From a virus: 64,000 nucleotides of DNA. The position numbers were made by a program, and so were the translations under genes. This document shows, one piece after another, positions 9,499-18,312 of the stretch (positions are counted from its first letter, which is position 1; the number at the start of each line of letters is the position of its first letter). The notes beneath the pieces were generated by a model. The model saw nothing but the letters and a program-made list of their open reading frames with translations, ran no database searches and was not told the DNA's origin. The stretch is from IMG/VR virus record IMGVR_UViG_3300033145_003080, positions 64,001 through 128,000 of that record. The stretch is one strand, 5' to 3'.

Positions 9499-9828
9499 AT
9501 GAGTTGCGCGAGAGGTTTCAACACCGTGATTGATTGTCTAAGAAGAAAGTTTGTTAACAAGTTCTTTTTTAGGAAAACGGGGTATAAAGCATATTCAGCA
9601 GCCTATGTAATAGCCATTATTTACGAGAAAAACGATTATGTGATTAAATGCATTACGATCGACGTTGATGATGAGTTTGAAGAGATCAAAATTGTAAAAA
9701 ATGTGACTATAGATATGAGTGTATTTATTGTCACCTTCAAAGAAAGAGGGAAGAAGTGGGCTGAAGGGTTTATGGAAAGCACTCTTGAGCAAATAAAGGA
9801 ATTCGGGAAAGGACAGATTGATGTTTAA
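9499..9828 (+). CDS. Hypothetical protein, paralog B (start possibly GTG 9526)
   Basis: LRRKFVNKFF...KKWAEGF. Confidence 0.6.
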   Translation: MSCARGFNTVIDCLRRKFVNKFFFRKTGYKAYSAAYVIAIIYEKNDYVIKCITIDVDDEFEEIKIVKNVTIDMSVFIVTFKERGKKWAEGFMESTLEQIKEFGKGQIDV

Positions 9829-9967
9829 TTCTATTTTAGTAAGTATAGTTGGCCTTATTTTGGTAATAACACTAGCCTGTGTCGGCTTAGTGCTTATTAA
9901 AATAAACGAGACATTGGCCAAAATAGAAATTGCAATTAATAATCACAAAGGAGGTCCGGTACTATAA
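9821..9967 (+). CDS. Small single-TM membrane protein (48 aa)
   Basis: MFNSILVSIVGLILVITLACVGLVLIKIN...; coupled on both sides. Confidence 0.55.
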   Translation: MFNSILVSIVGLILVITLACVGLVLIKINETLAKIEIAINNHKGGPVL

Positions 9968-12030
9968 TGGATTTAGGTCGTGATGTAGATTTGCATGAAT
10001 TTGCTGAATACATTAAAGACCTGTCGGGACAAATAGGATTTAAAGTCTCGGCGAGAGGATGGGCTTATTTATTGGAAACCAGACGGTTGGTAAATAAGGA
10101 CCAGTTCGACAGAGTAAACTCATTGATTAATCAGTGTAGAAAGAAAGGGCTTTTGCCCATTAATTTTGTTGCTGAAGACAGCGCAAGAATGTTTCAGGGT
10201 GTTGATGTACCAAGTAAAGTTGATGTCGTAACCGACCTTGGTGAATGGCTGAAATCAGCCAGCAATACCGCAGAGTATTATGATCTCGACTGGTGGGATG
10301 GTGAGGAGTACTACATACAAATGGTAGTGGAGAAGGTCGATTTGGTAACACTGTTTTCTCCCATATGCCGTGAATATCATATTCCCATTGCAAACTGTTT
10401 TGATGACAAAACAGAAATATTAACCGATAAAGGTTGGATTAAATTTGATGACATTGATTATACATACAATGCAGCATCAAAAGATGGAAATGGCGATCTG
10501 ATATATACACCAATATTGAATATAACAAAGCAAAAATATAATGGTGATATGTATCATATACAGAATAGGGGTACCGATCAATGTGTTACGCCAAATCACA
10601 ATTCGTATATAGCACGGCAAAGAAACAAGAAAGACTATGTAGTATTTGAATTATGTGACACAAAATCTGTTGTTCATTTACAAAATTTGAGATTTTCAAA
10701 GAAAATCAATTTTAATGGTCCTATTGTTGATAAATTTCATTTACCAATTCATAATAATTCAAATGGAAACAATACGATTAAAAAACATTTTAATATGAAT
10801 GATTGGTTAAAGTTTCTTGGTTATTATTTATCAGAAGGGAGTTGTTTAAAAAAAGATAGAAATCAATCATATATTGTTAGAATTTATCAGAAGAAATCTG
10901 TTCATCCAGGTGTGTATAATGATATTAAAAATTGTTGTAAATCTCTTGGTTATAATTTTTACGAAAATGATTGTTTTATTGAGATAAGCAATAAGCAATT
11001 GTATAACTATTTATCAATATTTGGCGATCATTGTTCAAAATTTATACCAAGGGAATTTCTTAATCTGCATAAAAAACAACTAAAGATATTATTAGATTCT
11101 CTTGTTGCTGGTGATGGGCATGTGAGGGGTAGTGATAGTATGTCGTATGCATCTACGTCTAAAGATCTTGCTGATGATGTTCAGGAGCTTGCATTAAAAG
11201 CAGGGTATTTTGCTTCGATGTCGACTAGGACAAAAGATGAGCTTAATAATAGTATTATAAATGGTAGAACTATTTCATATACTGGCAATCTGTATATAGT
11301 TAATATTTGCAAATCAAGAAATTATTTTCGTATAAATCATGGGAAAAAAGATTGGCAAAAAATTAATTATAATGGATACGTTCATTGTGTTGAGGTCGAA
11401 ACTGGTTTAGTATATGTAAGAAGGAATGGAAAACCGGTTTGGTCTGGCAACTCTAAAGGATGGAGTTCAATGTTACAGAGGGCAGAGTATGCCCGCAGGT
11501 TCGCACTTGCAGAAAGACAAGGGCTCAAATGTGTCTTACTTTACATGGGTGATCACGATCCTGATGGTTTACGGATTTCCGACTTTATCAGAAAGAATCT
11601 GGTTGATATCCAAGATGTTAAATGGTCAGATGGTCTTCCGGGGTATAAACCATACAAGTTAATAATTGAAAGGTTCGGATTGAACTTTGATTTTATCGAG
11701 CAAAACAATCTAACATGGATCGATAATTTAATTACCGGTTCAGGAAAGAATCTGGCGTCACCCAGTCACCGCAATTTCAATATGGAGTATGTTCAACAGT
11801 ATTTGAGTGAAATAGGTGAGCGCAAATGTGAAGCTAATGCTGTTGTGACAATGCCTGATTCAGCGAGGGATCTGATTAGGAAAACCATAGAGGGATATCT
11901 TGGTGAGGATGCACTTGATCGTTTTGAGGAAAGGCGTCAGGCTATCAGGGATGAACTTGATGCATATCTTGATAACTCTGGTGTTGGCGACAAGCTCGAT
12001 GGTATTATTGACGAAATAGACGAACGATAA
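9967..12030 (+). CDS. TopoVI-A/Spo11/JetD-like Toprim-domain protein, intein-containing (335 aa after splicing)
   Basis: SARGWAY (WH-like R..Y), VVEK Toprim Glu, SKGWSS, YMGDHDPDG DxD motif. Confidence 0.75.
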   Translation: MDLGRDVDLHEFAEYIKDLSGQIGFKVSARGWAYLLETRRLVNKDQFDRVNSLINQCRKKGLLPINFVAEDSARMFQGVDVPSKVDVVTDLGEWLKSASNTAEYYDLDWWDGEEYYIQMVVEKVDLVTLFSPICREYHIPIANCFDDKTEILTDKGWIKFDDIDYTYNAASKDGNGDLIYTPILNITKQKYNGDMYHIQNRGTDQCVTPNHNSYIARQRNKKDYVVFELCDTKSVVHLQNLRFSKKINFNGPIVDKFHLPIHNNSNGNNTIKKHFNMNDWLKFLGYYLSEGSCLKKDRNQSYIVRIYQKKSVHPGVYNDIKNCCKSLGYNFYENDCFIEISNKQLYNYLSIFGDHCSKFIPREFLNLHKKQLKILLDSLVAGDGHVRGSDSMSYASTSKDLADDVQELALKAGYFASMSTRTKDELNNSIINGRTISYTGNLYIVNICKSRNYFRINHGKKDWQKINYNGYVHCVEVETGLVYVRRNGKPVWSGNSKGWSSMLQRAEYARRFALAERQGLKCVLLYMGDHDPDGLRISDFIRKNLVDIQDVKWSDGLPGYKPYKLIIERFGLNFDFIEQNNLTWIDNLITGSGKNLASPSHRNFNMEYVQQYLSEIGERKCEANAVVTMPDSARDLIRKTIEGYLGEDALDRFEERRQAIRDELDAYLDNSGVGDKLDGIIDEIDER
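10396..11451 (+). mobile_element. Intein with LAGLIDADG homing endonuclease (352 aa)
   Basis: Starts CFDDKTEILT; block B TPNH; FLGYYLSEG and LLDSLVAGDG; ends VRRNGKPVWSGN followed by Ser+1. Confidence 0.92.
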
Positions 12031-12047
12031 ACTTGTGAGGAGAGATT

Positions 12048-12266
12048 GTGCTGTTTACAAAAATTATTAAATCCAATAGGATAAAGAATGGCATGGAAGC
12101 GATCCATGCCCCGATTTCAACTGCAAGGAACTACCCGGGCATCGTATATGGTGTCTGGGCGGAACCTGGCAGCCATGTAGAGTGGTACAAAACCTTTCTT
12201 CCTAATGGAAAATTTGCCATCACCGGATACAAGATACATTCCCCAATTAAAAACCTGGCTTGTTAA
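12048..12266 (+). CDS. Hypothetical protein
   Basis: SD GAGGAG; GTG start. Confidence 0.5.
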   Translation: MLFTKIIKSNRIKNGMEAIHAPISTARNYPGIVYGVWAEPGSHVEWYKTFLPNGKFAITGYKIHSPIKNLAC

Positions 12267-12282
12267 AATTTTAACTATTTTA

Positions 12283-12311
12283 TTGATTATATATAGAAGG
12301 GGTGCTATAAT
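12283..12311 (+). promoter_or_regulatory. Sigma70-type promoter with extended -10
   Basis: TTGATT, 17 nt ending TGC, then TATAAT. Confidence 0.7.
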
Positions 12312-12411
12312 TATAGCGAACGAGAAGGTTATACCGTTTCAAGTTTTTCAGGCGCATATGATTGATACCTTTGCGTGATGAACTTGACTTTGCGTTCTAA
12401 GGGAGGCGAGA

Positions 12412-12585
12412 ATGGATAAGTCAAGAATGAAAAGATTCATGAGCGATCAGGCGGAAGAAATAAAGAAATATAAACGCAAAAGGGACAAGGAGGCTGGTAA
12501 AGACCTTGGTGATGTACCGATATATGAATGGATTGAAGGTCAAGGTGCAGAGTTCAGGAGAAAGTGGATAAAGCGTAATAGTTAA
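12412..12585 (+). CDS. Small protein (57 aa; Q.EEI.KYK...AGKDLG...EWI...AEFR.KW)
   Basis: SD GGAGG; has its own promoter and terminator; absent from ORF track. Confidence 0.7.
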   Translation: MDKSRMKRFMSDQAEEIKKYKRKRDKEAGKDLGDVPIYEWIEGQGAEFRRKWIKRNS

Positions 12586-12617
12586 AAAAAAGAGGGTTGG
12601 GATTGCCTCTTTTTTTT
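12584..12617. terminator. Bidirectional intrinsic terminator
   Basis: A-run-GAGG...CCTC-T-run between convergent genes. Confidence 0.7.
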
Positions 12618-12622
12618 AGCTA

Positions 12623-12949
12623 TTACTTCTCGCTGTCAACATAAGGCAGACCTGGCTTCTCATGAAATTCATACCATATTGATGGAACTATATTGCTATC
12701 TTTATCCTTTTTAATAGCAATGGCTTTCTCCATATACAAAATAGCGTTAGGTCCCATTGCACCCCTGCACGATTGTCCATCCTCAGAGTTTCTCAGTTTA
12801 TGAATATTAACCTGAACATCGGCGTTCTCTGCGCCAAACTCATGCTCCTGAATTTCAATTCCAATTGCATACTGCTGATTGTTGGCAGTTTTGATGTTTA
12901 GAGATAGCACCCTGTCGTCTTTTTCTATTAAAACAATATCTTTATGCAT
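12623..12949 (-). CDS. Hypothetical protein
   Basis: 108 aa; SD AGGAG. Confidence 0.65.
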   Translation of the reverse strand: MHKDIVLIEKDDRVLSLNIKTANNQQYAIGIEIQEHEFGAENADVQVNIHKLRNSEDGQSCRGAMGPNAILYMEKAIAIKKDKDSNIVPSIWYEFHEKPGLPYVDSEK

Positions 12950-13063
12950 ACCGTCTCCTATATACCTACAGGTTCATATCATCATAAGCCCATTCATCTT
13001 CTGTGGGATATAGAACCACAGCAATAACGATCCCAATGATCGTTAGAATGAGTGTCAGGATCG

Positions 13064-13267
13064 CTATTCTTTTGAGCAATTGGATCCTCCTTTCTTCCAT
13101 ATATCACGAAAAATATTATGATTTTTTAAAGCAATTAATATAATGGCGTAAAAAAAGAGACATATCCCCAGATACACAAAATCGCCCTTCATCGCATGTA
13201 AAACCGCCTTAATCAGCGTCAAACAAAACCCAAAAGCAAAAAGAGCAATCGCAATTATTGGTATCAT
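13064..13267 (-). CDS. Small 2-TM membrane protein
   Basis: Two hydrophobic segments; ATGA overlap. Confidence 0.55.
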   Translation of the reverse strand: MIPIIAIALFAFGFCLTLIKAVLHAMKGDFVYLGICLFFYAIILIALKNHNIFRDIWKKGGSNCSKE

Positions 13268-13818
13268 TTAATCCTCCTTATACCCATGATACAATATCCA
13301 GGCGGCATTCCAATATCCACAAGGCCCTCAAACATGTACGTAACCCTCATCGACACAGAGCGCCCGGTGTATGTCTTATTTGTAACACGCCATTCATTCA
13401 GAACGAGTATGTCGCCAACCTGAAAATCACGATCGTTTTTCCTGAAATCAAACAGTTTTCTTTCTTCAAGAATATCTTGATAAAGTGGTATCCATGTCTT
13501 TAGCTGATGCTTTTTCGCATTAAAACGAACTTCCACTTCCTTTTCTTCTTTTTCTGTCTGAAGTTTACAACCTTCTTCCAGAACAAACGGCAGGCATGGC
13601 CAGCATGTTTTGCCAAAATGTCTACATCTAAAGCAATAGTGATCAATACTTTGCGCATTTTCGTTTTCATAATTGCGAATACGAACTTGCAACTTTTCCC
13701 ACACCTTATCAAGTGACAATCCGATTGGTTTTTCCGATTTCAGTTGTCTTATCAGCTCATCAACCATTATATCAGGATCGCTACTGTCAAAGCCGCCTAA
13801 TACGTATTTTTTATTCAT
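13264..13818 (-). CDS. DUF3850 / ASCH (PUA-like) domain protein
   Basis: HQLKTW...KLFDFRKNDRDFQVGDILVLNEW...YTGR. Confidence 0.8.
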   Translation of the reverse strand: MNKKYVLGGFDSSDPDIMVDELIRQLKSEKPIGLSLDKVWEKLQVRIRNYENENAQSIDHYCFRCRHFGKTCWPCLPFVLEEGCKLQTEKEEKEVEVRFNAKKHQLKTWIPLYQDILEERKLFDFRKNDRDFQVGDILVLNEWRVTNKTYTGRSVSMRVTYMFEGLVDIGMPPGYCIMGIRRIK

Positions 13819-13887
13819 AATTAAATTACCCTCTTTCGTTCTATAAATGAAAAAATCTTTGGCTTTTAAAAAGAATAGTACAAATAG

Positions 13888-15180
13888 TTAATTAGCATCC
13901 TGTAATAACCGAATAGGAAGCCCCCACCTTTTACCAATCCCACACTTGATAAAACCGGCCGAATTAAAAGCAAGTTCACGGCAATATGCAGATTGTGTAT
14001 TGTAGCTTGTGGAACTCCACCAATAACAAAACAATCCAAAACCATAAGATTGGCCATTCGCATCATAACAATAGCCGGTTGGTAGGCCTGAAAACCCACT
14101 CTTATTATTTTTTGACAAATCCATACCAACTGTACCAATACCGGTATCAGGCTCTTTCCAATCTATGTTAGCGGCTAATGATTTTGCTGTCTTATTACCT
14201 TCTGTCGTCCCATCCCAATTAAATCCATTGGCAATTAAGTAATTCTGCAAGGTATCCCATTCTCCATTGGTCGAAATGTGCCAACCTGTCGGGGCAAGCT
14301 TTCCAGTATTTACAGCATGCCAATTGTATAAAGCTCCGTATTTCTCTATACTATCAACATTGGTCGTATTATTATAATAACAACACCCGGGCGTAGTAAG
14401 GGTTGACCATGTAGTATCATTTGTTATTAATGGTATTGTTGAACCATCGTTATATTTCGTTGTACGTAAATTTTCTATTGTCCATGTTTGCGATCCTATT
14501 TTTATCGTATGATATACATTCCCATCTATATCTACTATCGTACCAGGGTGAGTTATCAGTTTTATTTCTATACCATTAGTGTCTAAATTTGTTATGACCA
14601 TTTGGTAATCCAAATATCCATTTTTAGTCACTTTTATAACATCGCCAGTTGGGATACGGCTATTTGACAGGCTCGATGGTATTGTGGTTGTTAAGTCGCC
14701 TGTGCTTATTATTGTACCAACTGACACATTACCAATAGAATGGTTCTTTAATACAAATTTATTATTACCGATTTTAATATGATAAAAATAAATACCAGCT
14801 CCAACATTAGGCAGCGCTATTGAATGTATTCCAGCATCAATAGTCTTTCTTATTTCAGAAACAACCTTTCCTTGAAGAGTGTAAGCAGCACCTTCTATTA
14901 ATGATTTTTTTTGAACATTTACACATAAAAAACCGTTAAGTATTCTTATAGCGCGTATGTAAGGCTGAGATTGCTTTTGGTCGATTATTTCAACAGCATC
15001 GACAAGTAAAAACTCTCCATTTGTTTCTGTTGTATCGCTTATTCCAACATTTTCTAATATTACATTAGCCCCGATTACAGGCATGCCGTTAATATTCGTT
15101 ACTGTACCACTGATATTAACAGCTTGAATGGTACATAGTGATATGAATATCAATTCTGCTAACAATATTTTAATAGTCAT
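13888..15180 (-). CDS. Secreted Fib_succ_major (FISUMP) domain protein
   Basis: Signal peptide; DIDGNVYHTIKIGSQTWTIENL, GALYNW, LAPTGWH, GFSGLP.G, YWWSST; start set at SD-led ATG 15180. Confidence 0.88.
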   Translation of the reverse strand: MTIKILLAELIFISLCTIQAVNISGTVTNINGMPVIGANVILENVGISDTTETNGEFLLVDAVEIIDQKQSQPYIRAIRILNGFLCVNVQKKSLIEGAAYTLQGKVVSEIRKTIDAGIHSIALPNVGAGIYFYHIKIGNNKFVLKNHSIGNVSVGTIISTGDLTTTIPSSLSNSRIPTGDVIKVTKNGYLDYQMVITNLDTNGIEIKLITHPGTIVDIDGNVYHTIKIGSQTWTIENLRTTKYNDGSTIPLITNDTTWSTLTTPGCCYYNNTTNVDSIEKYGALYNWHAVNTGKLAPTGWHISTNGEWDTLQNYLIANGFNWDGTTEGNKTAKSLAANIDWKEPDTGIGTVGMDLSKNNKSGFSGLPTGYCYDANGQSYGFGLFCYWWSSTSYNTQSAYCRELAFNSAGFIKCGIGKRWGLPIRLLQDAN

Positions 15181-15439
15181 AATATCCTCCTTAAATAATA
15201 AAAGCAACGGATTTTTATCAGCTGCTTACTATCCAATCTTCCTTATTCCCATGATACAATACCGCATATCTCCAAATCTTCAAAAGGCCAAATAGAATAA
15301 CCGTTTACAGGAGCTGTCGAGATTAGATCAAGATTAGTGCTTGAGGCATTCCCTTCCGCAGTTGATGCATTCATTACAATTGTAACACAGATACAACTCC
15401 TCACAAAATTTCTCCATATCACTTTCGAACCATGGCATT

Positions 15440-15802
15440 TTAAACTTTCTTTAAGTAGTTTGCATACATCGCTCTGGTTTGCCCAATGTCGTCGGCCCAG
15501 CTCCAATGATTAAGCAGTAGGTTCTGAGCTTCATTATGATCCAGCTCAATCTCATCATCACAGGACATTTCGAGCATAGCGATTGCATCATCATACGCCT
15601 GTTCATGAGATTCCGGTGCAGACAGTCGTATATGAAAACTGTCAGTTTCGTCAGCAGTGAACTCTTCAAGCATTTCTTTGATGGCTGCAATCCCTGCTTC
15701 ACGAAACTCTCCATATGCTTTTTCAAATTCCTTCAGGTGCAGGTCTCTGTTTTCTTTAACTCTTTCCAAAAGCTTATCTCTATTAACACATACCCTTTTC
15801 AT
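15440..15802 (-). CDS. Phage hypothetical protein
   Basis: 120 aa; LLERVKENR..H...PESH..YDDAIAML pattern. Confidence 0.7.
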   Translation of the reverse strand: MKRVCVNRDKLLERVKENRDLHLKEFEKAYGEFREAGIAAIKEMLEEFTADETDSFHIRLSAPESHEQAYDDAIAMLEMSCDDEIELDHNEAQNLLLNHWSWADDIGQTRAMYANYLKKV

Positions 15803-15895
15803 GAATTACCTTCTTTCTGTAATTTGTTAAATTCTTTAATTATTTTTTTGTTGTCAATAATCTTGGAGATATCATTCAGCGTTTTTTCGGCCACC

Positions 15896-16210
15896 TCAGT
15901 TACTGTTGGCCATGGCTCTTTTTTTCGAAGTAACGACGATTTTGCCATAAAACCATTGTACCATATAAGACTTTCCACAATTATGGCATTTAATTTCACG
16001 AGGCGCTTTATTAACTTCGTTGTAGAAATTGGCGTCATTATACCCAGTTAATTTTATTGATGTTTTAATTTTGCCGTTAGGAAATTTTTTATTGAAATCT
16101 TTCCACATATCACTATCATCGACACATGTGCATTCGAACTTTGCAAACAAATCGTTTCCAAGTCTGTCGATTTTTGTAATCTCTATTTTATTACTTTCAG
16201 AGCTTGGCAT
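15896..16210 (-). CDS. Hypothetical Zn-ribbon protein
   Basis: CTC...CHNCG; directly downstream of the tmRNA. Confidence 0.5.
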   Translation of the reverse strand: MPSSESNKIEITKIDRLGNDLFAKFECTCVDDSDMWKDFNKKFPNGKIKTSIKLTGYNDANFYNEVNKAPREIKCHNCGKSYMVQWFYGKIVVTSKKRAMANSN

Positions 16211-16243
16211 GGTAAAAACCTTTCTTATAATTTACTTAACAAA

Positions 16244-16644
16244 TGGTGGAGGTGAGGGGAGTCGAACCCCTGTCCACAATGCCTTCTTTTTGAACCTCTA
16301 CAATGCTTAGTCATGATTTAATCTCACTGCTATCAGCTTCCACAGACAGAATCAGACAACAGCCAGCTCCTTAATTTAACCTGCTGGTTGAAGCACCACA
16401 ACAGGCGAGGATTCTAAGGCTACCCAGTGATTCCGAATCCACTCCTCACTGAGTTTGTCATCTTTTTATTAGATGACGGCTATGTCCTGCCGGGCATTTG
16501 CATAGCAAAGTGCACCAAAAGCAAGACAGAAATCGACATTAGATTTGCCAATTAGAGTTATGACCGATATTTAACGAGGCCAACGATCATCCTCGGCATG
16601 CAGTTCAAACGTCCGTTCATCATGTCGAAAACCAATACACCCCC
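16244..16644 (-). ncRNA. ssrA: tmRNA (one-piece, 401 nt)
   Basis: 5' GGGGGTGTATTGGTTTTCGAC; 3' GGGGTTCGACTCCCCTCACCTCCACCA; acceptor stem with G3-U wobble and encoded CCA; tag ORF 16549-16469. Confidence 0.95.
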
Positions 16645-16648
16645 TTAT

Positions 16649-16846
16649 TTAAATAGATTCTTTTTCCGGCTCTTCTTTCTTTTCAAGATCAAAGTAATCA
16701 TTATTCACTGCACAGTTCTGTGCCATATCTTTTATGTTACATTCTTCATACCAAAAACAATCTGTGTGTTGACAATCCTCTGTATGTTGATAATCCTCTG
16801 TGTGTTGACAATCCATCATATACCTCCGTAACGAGGTTTTATCCAC
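16649..16846 (-). CDS. Small Cys-rich protein with 3 x (DCQHTE) repeat
   Basis: 18-nt tandem repeat at about 16760-16814. Confidence 0.55.
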   Translation of the reverse strand: MDKTSLRRYMMDCQHTEDYQHTEDCQHTDCFWYEECNIKDMAQNCAVNNDYFDLEKKEEPEKESI

Positions 16847-17036
16847 TTGGTAGATGAATCCAAATGAACTTTATCAGAATCGTGAATGTCGCTATAGCTG
16901 AATAGACGACAAAACACGTTCCGCTGGTTTTGAACGATATTACCCATACAGCCTTATTACCATCTTTTAGAACACCGAGCAATGATAATAAAAACCATAT
17001 GAAGAATAATACCCATATTATAAAAATATATTCCAT
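16839..17036 (-). CDS. Small 2-TM membrane protein
   Basis: SD GGAG, then MEYIFIIWVLFF... Confidence 0.55.
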   Translation of the reverse strand: MEYIFIIWVLFFIWFLLSLLGVLKDGNKAVWVISFKTSGTCFVVYSAIATFTILIKFIWIHLPSG

Positions 17037-17047
17037 AACATCTCCCA

Positions 17048-17200
17048 TTAGTGAAAATATTGACCGACGTTTAACCATAGGACAATTAGACCTACAATTA
17101 TTGATATGGTTATAAAAATATTATTTCTACATTTCCTTCGCTTTTTTATCTCCTGTTTTATTTTCAATATTTCTATGTGCCTTCGTGTCTCCTCCTGCAT
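17048..17200 (-). CDS. Small basic single-TM protein (50 aa)
   Basis: SD AAGGAGG; MQEETRRHIEILKIKQEIKKRRKCRNNIFITISIIVGLIVLWLNVGQYFH. Confidence 0.55.
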   Translation of the reverse strand: MQEETRRHIEILKIKQEIKKRRKCRNNIFITISIIVGLIVLWLNVGQYFH

Positions 17201-17218
17201 TTTGCCGTATCCCTCCTT

Positions 17219-17248
17219 AAAAAAGGGGTATCCAAACTACCCCTTTTT
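17219..17248. terminator. Intrinsic terminator, bidirectional
   Basis: AAAAAGGGGTA-loop-TACCCCTTTTT. Confidence 0.75.
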
Positions 17249-17274
17249 CAGTTATTTATTTCCTGTTACCATTG

Positions 17275-17628
17275 TCAGCTAGACGTTTCTGATCCTGTTC
17301 CTTTTGCACATTCTTCCGACATGTTTTTTACAATCGAAACAGTTATATTGCCCCACCCAACTGTATCAAGCCGTGAAAGCTCTTCAATCTTTTCTTCATC
17401 AGGTGTATCCTCCTGCTTCCATCCGGGTATCTCCTTTTGCAGGTTACACCGTATTGCGTCGATTATAATGTGTCTTTTTAATTCTGAAAGATAATTAGTA
17501 TCATCATCATCACAAACATTATTATAATCTTTGAGCTCAGGTTTTTTCTTTTTTTTAAGAGTAAGGGCCGTAACCCCTCCAATAAAAAGAATTCCTGAGA
17601 CTATCCATCGAGCGGTAGTTCCGTTCAT
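17275..17628 (-). CDS. Membrane-anchored hypothetical protein
   Basis: N-terminal TM then poly-Lys; SD AGGAGG. Confidence 0.65.
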   Translation of the reverse strand: MNGTTARWIVSGILFIGGVTALTLKKKKKPELKDYNNVCDDDDTNYLSELKRHIIIDAIRCNLQKEIPGWKQEDTPDEEKIEELSRLDTVGWGNITVSIVKNMSEECAKGTGSETSS

Positions 17629-17688
17629 GGCTATCCTCCTTTAGTATATAAAAATTACGCGGGGGAGTGTTACCACTCCCCTTTTGTA

Positions 17689-17826
17689 TTAATTTTCTTC
17701 TTTCTTGAGCACATGATCGGTGCTCTTTTTAATTTTTCCTGCCGCTTTTAAAACTGCAAACATGAATCCTGCACCGCTTACTGCACATAGTGCGCATGAA
17801 ACTAACACAGAAGTTAATAATGACAT
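17689..17826 (-). CDS. Small membrane protein (45 aa)
   Basis: MSLLTSVLVSCALCAVSGAGFMFAVLKAAGK...; SD AAGGAG; promoter motif upstream. Confidence 0.6.
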   Translation of the reverse strand: MSLLTSVLVSCALCAVSGAGFMFAVLKAAGKIKKSTDHVLKKEEN

Positions 17827-17876
17827 TTGGCACTCCTTCTTTTAAAATGAAAGGAATAATTATTACTACCTATATA

Positions 17877-17891
17877 ATAGTTATACCAGAT
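17877..17891 (-). promoter_or_regulatory. Recurrent promoter-like motif (copy 2, ATCTGGTATAACTAT)
   Basis: One mismatch to copies 1 and 3. Confidence 0.7.
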
Positions 17892-18020
17892 AATTGAATA
17901 TTATCACACGATATAATTTAAAATATTTTTTTAATTTATTTCAAAATATTTCTGGCGAATCCAGATTCATTAATTTCATATTCAATATATTCTGCTTTTA
18001 TTTTTTTTAATTAATATATA

Positions 18021-18050
18021 AAAAAAGCGGAGAGCGCACTCCGCTTTTCT
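18021..18050. terminator. Intrinsic terminator
   Basis: AAAAGCGGAG-loop-CTCCGCTTTT. Confidence 0.75.
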
Positions 18051-18052
18051 TG

Positions 18053-18253
18053 TTACATTGTTTGTATTTTATTATATATTGCGTCTCCTAATGTTTCCCA
18101 GCTATCGTAATCATAGTGTGCACGAGCTCTTATTAATCCCATTGTCAATCCGTCAGGGTCTTCTTTTCCTCCAGGTATCTCTTCTTTGATACCAAGTTTT
18201 AGGGCTATCTTTGCCATTTTTATACGACGTTTAATTAAATAATCAGAAACCAT
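18053..18253 (-). CDS. Hypothetical protein
   Basis: 66 aa; SD AGGAGG. Confidence 0.6.
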   Translation of the reverse strand: MVSDYLIKRRIKMAKIALKLGIKEEIPGGKEDPDGLTMGLIRARAHYDYDSWETLGDAIYNKIQTM

Positions 18254-18312
18254 ACCATCCTCCTTTTAATATACAAAAAGTACGCGGGGAGTATTTCTAT
18301 TCCCCTTTTGTA

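Noticed and set aside
12271-12288. Possible self-target of the predicted IsrB guide
   Set aside because: Only a partial match between very AT-rich sequences; expected by chance.
13888-14100. Complete diversity-generating retroelement
   Set aside because: No reverse transcriptase or template repeat is visible in this window.
15799-16038. 79-aa minus-strand ORF
   Set aside because: Largely overlaps 15896-16210 in another frame; only its 3' part may be a real small gene and the start cannot be fixed.
16244-16275. tRNA gene (T-arm plus CCA)
   Set aside because: No anticodon arm; it pairs with a 5' end 400 nt away and is the tmRNA 3' end.
16760-16814. Short direct repeats as a mini-CRISPR
   Set aside because: 18-nt head-to-tail coding repeat (DCQHTE) with no spacers. 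No CRISPR array or cas gene was seen in the window.
17186-17203. Resemblance to the start of the tape-measure-like gene (a second scar?)
   Set aside because: Only about 14/18 nt, and explained by the minus-strand ORF start MQEET.
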